A DNA stretch of 64,000 bases from a virus (lineage: Duplodnaviria; Caudoviricetes). This document shows, in pieces, positions 55,155 to 62,282 of the stretch. Below the pieces are notes generated by a model. That model did not search any database. It was not told where the DNA came from and saw only the letters and a list, made by a program, of their open reading frames with translations. Where the stretch lies: the IMG/VR virus record IMGVR_UViG_3300020048_000007, positions 128,001 to 192,000 of that record; one strand, given 5' to 3'. A program made the position numbers and the translations under genes. Positions within the stretch are counted from its first letter, which is position 1, and every line of letters starts with the position of its first letter.

Positions 55155-56517
55155 GCGGTTCATCCGGAAGTCCCAAAGCTCTTCTATTAGACTGAAGCCT
55201 ATCTAATTCCCGATCTGGATCATAATTTCCAGGCTGATTTGGCCCCAAATCGGGAATTACAACTTCGCCTTTATACATCCCAATATTCGTAGGGGTGGCA
55301 TCAGTGTGAATAAAGCCAGTATCATCATATAACTTTCGCAAGATCTTAAGCATATCCATCATGTAAGGCTTAAGACTTTCTTCCAGCCTATTATCCTTAA
55401 TGATATCATCACATATTTTCGATTGTACTGCTACATCAGAAGGAAAGCCATTAAAATCATCATCGTCAATCAGAAGAGTAAGATAATCACTTGCTTTTTT
55501 GTATTGCTTGTCGACATTTTGCATGTCCACTGCTGGCATCAAAATAGCATAGTAGCCACCATCCAGCTTCTTAATATCCATAGCCACAGTGTTGGTATTT
55601 TTTTGCTGCTTCGCAAGATATGCAACATTAGCCTCTACTCTGTTGTTTGTTATCTTAATCACAAGATTATCTATGAAATACGCCCTCGCTGTGCCCCCTT
55701 CACGAAAATAAGGCACTTTGCCAGGGACAAGTTCAACTCCGTGGGATTCAGCCCAGCTAATAAACTCTGGATCACTAAAATACCGGTCAGAAACAGCTAA
55801 TTTGCTTTCTGTAAGTTGAGCCCCGATATTAAATGTGCTCGATATAATATCAGATACCTCTCTGAGCCTGTATTTTAATAACGCTTTTTTGCGTCCCAAT
55901 TCTAATTTCTTCTCTTTCCCATCACCGATAGTGTACTTCCATCTGTCTTGATATTCTTGTTTTTCTTTTGGTTTTATAGATTTATGAGATTCTTTGATAT
56001 AAAATGGCTCGAATGTGAATTCTGTAGAATTATATGCAGGGTATACTATTGACGTTGGGGGTATACCACGCTTTAAAAGTGTTTGTGCCATCGAATCTAA
56101 ACTTCTTTTTGAGTCGCCGATTGCCCATACACAAACGAATGGAACGCCGTTTATTAGGTCATGATATCCGTCTTCTACATCCACTTTACAAAATGCTTTA
56201 AGATCGGTCTCGTCGATAGTCAAGTTTCCGAACCTGCCCCACACTGCTATCTTTTCAATGTTTAACGTAGCATATTCTTCTGCCCAGTCTAAATTGGGTG
56301 TCTTCTCTAACTGTTGTTGATGGTAGTAGAAAAAGTCTTTATCGTTAAACCAATCTTGATGTGATCTGTTTAAAACCCAGTCTATGAACACCACACCAGT
56401 CTGTATGTGGTATGCAAAGTTGTAAACATGGTCGACTTTTGCTACACCTATTCCCATGGCTTCGTCCATGGTCATGTTTTGAAATAAGCTAAGTGTTTCA
56501 GTCTCAATAGTATTCAT
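55147..56517 (-). CDS. Protein with C-terminal protein-kinase-like domain
   Basis: EGGTARAY (Gly loop), VIKIT (Lys), VEA (helix C Glu), HTDATPTNI (catalytic HxD..N), PDLG (DFG-like); about 230-aa unknown N-terminal domain. Confidence 0.75.
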   Translation of the reverse strand: MNTIETETLSLFQNMTMDEAMGIGVAKVDHVYNFAYHIQTGVVFIDWVLNRSHQDWFNDKDFFYYHQQQLEKTPNLDWAEEYATLNIEKIAVWGRFGNLTIDETDLKAFCKVDVEDGYHDLINGVPFVCVWAIGDSKRSLDSMAQTLLKRGIPPTSIVYPAYNSTEFTFEPFYIKESHKSIKPKEKQEYQDRWKYTIGDGKEKKLELGRKKALLKYRLREVSDIISSTFNIGAQLTESKLAVSDRYFSDPEFISWAESHGVELVPGKVPYFREGGTARAYFIDNLVIKITNNRVEANVAYLAKQQKNTNTVAMDIKKLDGGYYAILMPAVDMQNVDKQYKKASDYLTLLIDDDDFNGFPSDVAVQSKICDDIIKDNRLEESLKPYMMDMLKILRKLYDDTGFIHTDATPTNIGMYKGEVVIPDLGPNQPGNYDPDRELDRLQSNRRALGLPDEPLI

Positions 56518-56616
56518 TGCCTTATACCCTGTTTTAAATGGCAGCTCTCATAAGTTATATTTAAATATTGAGGAAGTCACAGAATGTTGTCACATGTTGC
56601 CAAGGGAGATAACACA

Positions 56617-56964
56617 ATGCAAGTGATAATCGCAGGTAGTAGATCGATTGATATCGGTGTCGACAAATTGTCAGCTATCGTACAAGCCAGCGGGTTTGAT
56701 ATTGATACAGTAATAAGCGGCGGCGCTAAAGGTGTTGATGCTGCAGGCGAAGCATACGCAATAGCGAAAGACCTTGGGCTTAAAGTCCTTAAAACCGATT
56801 GGAAAATGGGCAGAGGAGCCGGAATGATCAATAATCGGCGCATGGCTGATCAAGCAGATGCCCTAATTGCCGTATATGACGGTATTTCGAAAGGCACAAA
56901 GAACATGATAGAGCTGATGAAGCAGAAAGGAAAGCAGGTATATGTCTACAACGTACAAGCTTGA
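56617..56964 (+). CDS. SLOG-family protein (DUF2493/YspA-like)
   Basis: VIIAGSR, VISGGAKGVD, AGMINNRRM, DGISKGTKNM; start moved to MQVII behind GGGAG. Confidence 0.85.
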   Translation: MQVIIAGSRSIDIGVDKLSAIVQASGFDIDTVISGGAKGVDAAGEAYAIAKDLGLKVLKTDWKMGRGAGMINNRRMADQADALIAVYDGISKGTKNMIELMKQKGKQVYVYNVQA

Positions 56965-57325
56965 GACAGTACGAATAAAGCAAGCATTTGCAGAATCGAT
57001 CGACATAAGATATAAGCTCGATGACCATGGCGATATGCCGCCATGGTTAACTGTGTGGGGCTATGTAACCATCGTTAGATATGATCTCTGGCATGAGACC
57101 ACCGGAGAAGACGGAGATTCAGACGGTGAGTATTATGTAGGCAAATCTTCAGCTAAACCACCTAAGCAGAGGTTCCGAGTAGATTTTAGATTCCCTAGTC
57201 ATAGTCCCGATAAATGCACAATAAGACAGGCAGCTCTTAAGCTCAGCAACGAGTCTCAGATTTGCACGTACGTGTCTGAAATGCTGAAAGCTGAATTCGA
57301 AGGCAAGAAGATATTCCTACCTTAA
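56942..57325 (+). CDS. Hypothetical protein
   Basis: 127 aa, overlaps the SLOG stop in operon fashion. Confidence 0.55.
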   Translation: MSTTYKLETVRIKQAFAESIDIRYKLDDHGDMPPWLTVWGYVTIVRYDLWHETTGEDGDSDGEYYVGKSSAKPPKQRFRVDFRFPSHSPDKCTIRQAALKLSNESQICTYVSEMLKAEFEGKKIFLP

Positions 57326-58674
57326 ATCTCCATCGCTTCTAATGAGATGCTTTCCGTAGCAAACAAGGCAAATCCATCTACATTTGCCGATTGCAAACCA
57401 CTTGCTATTGATACCAGGGTGCTGCCTGTTTGGACAGTGTCATCAACCAATAATACATTGCTGTCACTCTGCGTGATGCCGGAGAGATCGTATAAAGTCA
57501 TGTATTTTCTTAAAGTAGGCAAAACATTCCGGATCTTAAATCCTTTCGCTTTGCCTTTATTTTTACCGACCTTATAAGGTGTAATGCCGTCTTGGAAGTA
57601 TTTTTCAAGACTGGCGTATTGACCTACCATAATTGTTTTGGGATCTACTGCACCAATATTTAATCCCTTGTCTTTTGCATATTCAGAGACGTCAAAAATG
57701 TCCGATACCTTTAAATTAGGCGTTACCGCTTTTTTAGGGATTGTAACATAATTATTAATACCAGCAGCCATTAGCAATAAATTAACTATAGCCTTCGGTG
57801 TGCCAGCTACAATAATAGCATCATAGCCATCTTTAATCTGAGCCAGGCGGTCGCCAGCTATTTTGACGAACTGCTGAACATCTGGATCAGTTGGATTTTT
57901 TTGGATATAATCAGAAAGATCGTTGGCGTTATCTTTACCAGTCTTCATGATACCTTGTTTTTGCTGGGCTATTGGTTTTTTGCTAGCCCTAGCACCAGCC
58001 ACTATTTCGAATTCAGCCGCTATCGCTTCAAGCCTACTTTGAACGTAATCATAAGAAGCCATTATTCTCTGCGCACCAATCGCCCTCTTCTGCCCTTCCG
58101 CGTTGTTTCGGGTCTTCTGAGTAGCAACATTAATTTTACTCTCACCAAAAAGCAGCCCATTTATCGTCTCATCCTCAAAGAACATAATATCATTTTTAAT
58201 CTCCGATACTTTCTTAAGAAATTCGGCAGAACCGATCCCAGTTAACTTCTCTACTACATTATCGACTAATTTTATGGTATCTTCTTGTACATAATCAAGA
58301 TTTTCATAATAATCTAAGCTATTATCTTGTGCTAGCTTATTTTTCCTTTTGTTTATCTCAGTATAAACACTTTTCAGCGCTGTTGCTGTTTTGTTTTTCC
58401 AGCTCAGACTTTCCTTGGTAGCATTTAATTGCCCTATCTGTGCTTGAGATGCTCCAGTCAATGATTGGATCTCATAAGCTAAATAATAGTCATGGCCAGC
58501 CACGTTCGCGATATAGACTGTATTCGCAATGTTAACAAGCTTAATAATGTCATCTGGATTATCAGCCGCAAAATCAAAAACCACATTTTTATCTTGGTCA
58601 AACTGCACACCCTCATTAAATGAATTAGGGTCCTCAGTTATAAGATTCGCTATAGACCGGACAGAATACCGCAT
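57322..58674 (-). CDS. Protein with C-terminal type I phosphoribosyltransferase motif
   Basis: VLLVDDTVQTGSTL PRPP-binding loop near C-terminus; N-terminal SIANLITED leader and long helical region; RBS GAGGAG. Confidence 0.7.
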   Translation of the reverse strand: MRYSVRSIANLITEDPNSFNEGVQFDQDKNVVFDFAADNPDDIIKLVNIANTVYIANVAGHDYYLAYEIQSLTGASQAQIGQLNATKESLSWKNKTATALKSVYTEINKRKNKLAQDNSLDYYENLDYVQEDTIKLVDNVVEKLTGIGSAEFLKKVSEIKNDIMFFEDETINGLLFGESKINVATQKTRNNAEGQKRAIGAQRIMASYDYVQSRLEAIAAEFEIVAGARASKKPIAQQKQGIMKTGKDNANDLSDYIQKNPTDPDVQQFVKIAGDRLAQIKDGYDAIIVAGTPKAIVNLLLMAAGINNYVTIPKKAVTPNLKVSDIFDVSEYAKDKGLNIGAVDPKTIMVGQYASLEKYFQDGITPYKVGKNKGKAKGFKIRNVLPTLRKYMTLYDLSGITQSDSNVLLVDDTVQTGSTLVSIASGLQSANVDGFALFATESISLEAMEI

Positions 58675-58790
58675 AGTCAAAATCTCCTCTTATACTATGA
58701 CTACTATATATTTTACTACTATTGAGAAGACCATGAAATGCTGCCATAAAAGCTATGGCCGCACAAATCTCATACCAAAAGGACCTAACA

Positions 58791-60095
58791 ATGCAAAACG
58801 CAATCGACACGATCAAAGCACTCGAAGCCACCAATAGCCGAAATGAAAAAGAAGCGATCCTAACAGAAGCAATCACACAATACCCAGAATTATCGCAAAT
58901 CTTCACAGCAGCACTAGACCCATACATCAACTACTATATCATCCAAATGCCGACCAAAGGCACAGGAACCGGACTGCCACTAAACGAATTTCTAGAGAAA
59001 GTCAGCTTCCTGTCGAACAGAACCATCACCGGCAACGACGCCAGAGACCTCGTCAGGACACTTAACCAACAAGCTACAGAAGAAGAATGGCACTACATCT
59101 ACAAACGCATCATCCTTAAAGACCTCAAATGTGGTGCGACTGAAAAGACGATTAACAAAGTCTACAAAGCAGTGACAGGCAAAGAACTCGTCCAAGTATT
59201 CTCATGCCAACTAGCTCACGATAGTGCCGACCACCTCACCAAAATGGTAGGACCAAAAATCATCCAAGCCAAATTAGATGGCGTCCGAATCGTAGCGATC
59301 AGAATTGGCAAAGCATGTACACTGTATAGCCGCACTGGCAAAATCATCTCAAATTTCCCGCAGATCCAAGATGCAATAAGCTCGCTAGAACTGCCGCAAG
59401 GATACGAAGAAGGAATTGTATTTGATGGCGAAATCATGAGTGCATCATTCCAAGACCTTATGAAGCAGCTCAACCGTAAAGACAACGTTAACACCAATGA
59501 TAGCAAATATTACATCTTCGATATGCTTCCATTGAACGAGTTTACTAAGGGGACTAGCACCCTCAGCCAGCTTGAAAGGATGGAAAAAATAACCGAAGTC
59601 ATCAAAGCTAGCAATAGCAGCGAACTGCTCGACACATTGCTTCATGATATAGTGGACCTCAGCACAGATGAAGGACAATCACAATACAAGGAAATCAACA
59701 GGAGAGCAATAGAATCAGGTTACGAGGGCATCATGATTAAAGACCCCGCAGCAATCTACCAATGCAAGAGAACGTCAGCATGGTTAAAAATGAAGCCATT
59801 CATCGAAGTGACTGTAGAGATAAAGGGCTATGAAGAAGGCACTGGCAAACACATTGGAATCCTGGGTGGTTTTCAATGTGATGGTTATGACAATGGCAAG
59901 AATTTTACGGTCAGCGTTGGTGGCGGGTACACCGATGAGCAACGCAAAAAATTCTGGGAATCAAGAGAAGATCTGATTGGTCAACTTATCGAAGTGAGAG
60001 CAGATGCTATCACTCAAAATCAGGATGGAACTTACAGCCTGAGGTTCCCTAGATTTCAACGATTTAGAAGCATGGCTGCTGGTGAGAAGATCTGA
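58791..60095 (+). CDS. ATP-dependent DNA ligase
   Basis: KLDGVR motif I, FDGEI, YIFD, EGIMIK, WLKMK, SLRFPRF; start moved to MQNAI behind AAGGA. Confidence 0.95.
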   Translation: MQNAIDTIKALEATNSRNEKEAILTEAITQYPELSQIFTAALDPYINYYIIQMPTKGTGTGLPLNEFLEKVSFLSNRTITGNDARDLVRTLNQQATEEEWHYIYKRIILKDLKCGATEKTINKVYKAVTGKELVQVFSCQLAHDSADHLTKMVGPKIIQAKLDGVRIVAIRIGKACTLYSRTGKIISNFPQIQDAISSLELPQGYEEGIVFDGEIMSASFQDLMKQLNRKDNVNTNDSKYYIFDMLPLNEFTKGTSTLSQLERMEKITEVIKASNSSELLDTLLHDIVDLSTDEGQSQYKEINRRAIESGYEGIMIKDPAAIYQCKRTSAWLKMKPFIEVTVEIKGYEEGTGKHIGILGGFQCDGYDNGKNFTVSVGGGYTDEQRKKFWESREDLIGQLIEVRADAITQNQDGTYSLRFPRFQRFRSMAAGEKI

Positions 60096-60099
60096 TAAT

Positions 60100-60147
60100 A
60101 GACAGCCAGCAAAACGAGGCATGTTAGTGTCGTTTTGCTGGCTGTCT
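60100..60147. terminator. 18-bp perfect inverted repeat between convergent genes (bidirectional terminator candidate)
   Basis: agacagccagcaaaacga (60100-60117) / tcgttttgctggctgtct (60130-60147). Confidence 0.7.
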
Positions 60148-60341
60148 TATTTTACTTCACCTGGCATACATTTACCAAGCTTCGTATAGTATTCTGGATC
60201 TTCTTCTAGGTGATCCATAGCTATCTTTTTGGCCATTTTCGGATCAGAAGTATGCTCAAATTCGGTTTTGATTCCTTTTTTGAGCTCTTCTGGATCGATT
60301 TTTGACAATGCTTCTTCGAGTCTAAGATTGAAAGCTGACAT
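60147..60341 (-). CDS. DUF5661-like small phage protein
   Basis: GIKTEFEHTSDPKMAKKIAMDHLEEDPEYYTKL matches the ExEHT...IAxDHLxE...YY pattern. Confidence 0.75.
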   Translation of the reverse strand: MSAFNLRLEEALSKIDPEELKKGIKTEFEHTSDPKMAKKIAMDHLEEDPEYYTKLGKCMPGEVK

Positions 60342-60362
60342 GTCTCTCTCCTGTAAATTATG

Positions 60363-62216
60363 TCAATCTTTTATAGCGACCGTATGGTTTTCGGCCATCG
60401 CTACTTGTAACCAGCTAGATCCACCCATAATTGTCTGCACTGGAGAAGATTTTGATTCTGTCGTGTTATCCCCTAACTGACCATACCCATTATCTCCCCA
60501 AGTCCACAGTGTGCCATCAGATTTAATACCAGCAGAACTAGTACCAGAAGTCGAAGAATACTTCCAATTCCCAGCGGTCATCACCTGGACCGGATTAGAC
60601 CTATTTTCAGTTGTGTTATCACCAAGACCTCCACCATTGTTATTGCCCCAAAGCCATAACGTACCGTCGGTTTTTATAGCAGACATGGATATATAATAAA
60701 TGGTATCTGCACCACCACACGCTACAGACTTCCAATTTGTACCACCAAGCGAGGTTTGAACTGGCGATGAGCGATTTCTGAAAGAGCCACCGCCAGAAGC
60801 CCTGTTATTGCCCAACTGCCCAGAAAAGTTCCCACCAACCGTCCACAATGTTCCATCAGCCTTAACTGCCGCCATATTATCAGTACAAGCAGCTACTTGA
60901 ACCCAGTCGCTACCTCCGCTGATCGTCTGAACAGGAGAACTTTTGTCAACAGTAGAATCATCACCAAGACTTCCAGAGCGATTATTGCCCCATGCCCATA
61001 ACGTACCATCAGTCTTGATAGCAGCAGTACCCCACCTGCCACAAGCTACCTGCGACCAATTACTGCCACCAGTAATGGTCTGGACGGGAGAGCTCCTATA
61101 CTCTGTTGTGCCATCGCCGATCTCACCATAATAATTCAAGCCCCAAGCCCACAAAGTGCCATCGGTCTTTATAGCCGCAGCATGAAAAGCATCTACTGAA
61201 ACTTGCTTCCAGCTAGAACCCATATCGTCAAAAATTCGTACTGGTTCTAAAACTACGCCTTCAAAAAATCCCTGTGCCCACATAGTTCCATCAGCTTTAA
61301 CAGCCAGGTCGCGAGCACCATAAATATCAAAATTACTAATGAAACCAGTAGAAGCCTGCTTCCAAGTATCGCCACCAAGCGAAATCTGGACCGGAGATGA
61401 ATTTGGATTGATCAATTCATAAGAATTCCGACCCCAATACCACAAAGAACCAGATTGCACCACCACAGTAATACTAAAAGCCTTCTCCGTAGTTGACCCA
61501 CCCTGATCAGTAGAACGCACACGAACCGTGTAACTGCTCTTAATAGCTAAACTAAAGACCTCATCAGCAAGCAGATTAGCACCATCAATAGTAAATGAAG
61601 CATTGTCAGTATCGCCAGTACCAGCCACCAGAGTGTACGTGAACGTATCACCAGCATCTGGGTCGGTAGTAGAAAGCGTTCCAACCACCGCACCAACTAA
61701 ATTGTTCTCAGCTATTGTTGCTGATGAAAGTAGAATATCGGTTGGAGAACTATTTAGAACTGCGACCTCGCTAACAGAGCTCACGGACTGTAAAGCATCT
61801 GTAATAGCACCGCTAGCTACAGGATCAGCAAGCAAAGCATAAAAATTTGTCTTCCCATCTAAATCATTAAAGCTTCCATTTCTATACTGAACACAATAGT
61901 AACCACTAGTCTCATCATCATAAGTAACAATACCACTAATATCCATCCACCAATCAGAAATCGTTTTATCTATAACAGGAGCAGATACAATAAAATTCAG
62001 ATACTTCCCATCTGGAGATCCAAGAGTGAGTAACTCCTGAAGAGAATCAACCACATCAGATTCGTCAGTATAAAGCTGACTAAAATTAATATTGCTTTCT
62101 GATTCAAATGGGCTAGAGATGACACCGTTTGAGTAAGTCGTTTCAAATGGACCACTTGTCCCATCTGTGTATGCCGCGACGCCAGAGATTTTGAACGTGA
62201 ACGATGTAACAGACAT
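60363..62216 (-). CDS. Adaptor domain + cadherin-like domain + RCC1-type 7-bladed propeller
   Basis: PTDILLS...DPDAGDTFTY...VRSTDQGG cadherin-like repeat; six KxDGTxW repeats plus QSGSLWYWG. Confidence 0.85.
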   Translation of the reverse strand: MSVTSFTFKISGVAAYTDGTSGPFETTYSNGVISSPFESESNINFSQLYTDESDVVDSLQELLTLGSPDGKYLNFIVSAPVIDKTISDWWMDISGIVTYDDETSGYYCVQYRNGSFNDLDGKTNFYALLADPVASGAITDALQSVSSVSEVAVLNSSPTDILLSSATIAENNLVGAVVGTLSTTDPDAGDTFTYTLVAGTGDTDNASFTIDGANLLADEVFSLAIKSSYTVRVRSTDQGGSTTEKAFSITVVVQSGSLWYWGRNSYELINPNSSPVQISLGGDTWKQASTGFISNFDIYGARDLAVKADGTMWAQGFFEGVVLEPVRIFDDMGSSWKQVSVDAFHAAAIKTDGTLWAWGLNYYGEIGDGTTEYRSSPVQTITGGSNWSQVACGRWGTAAIKTDGTLWAWGNNRSGSLGDDSTVDKSSPVQTISGGSDWVQVAACTDNMAAVKADGTLWTVGGNFSGQLGNNRASGGGSFRNRSSPVQTSLGGTNWKSVACGGADTIYYISMSAIKTDGTLWLWGNNNGGGLGDNTTENRSNPVQVMTAGNWKYSSTSGTSSAGIKSDGTLWTWGDNGYGQLGDNTTESKSSPVQTIMGGSSWLQVAMAENHTVAIKD

Positions 62217-62282
62217 TAGGTTTGTCCTCTGTATTTGCCTATAGTATTTTTCCTATAATGGACAATAGAGCTAATGTTAGCC

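Noticed and set aside
56617-58674. NAD reconstitution pathway (NARP1/NARP2)
   Set aside because: The PRTase-motif protein lacks a recognisable PRPP-synthetase architecture, and no NAMPT- or NMNAT-like gene is in the window
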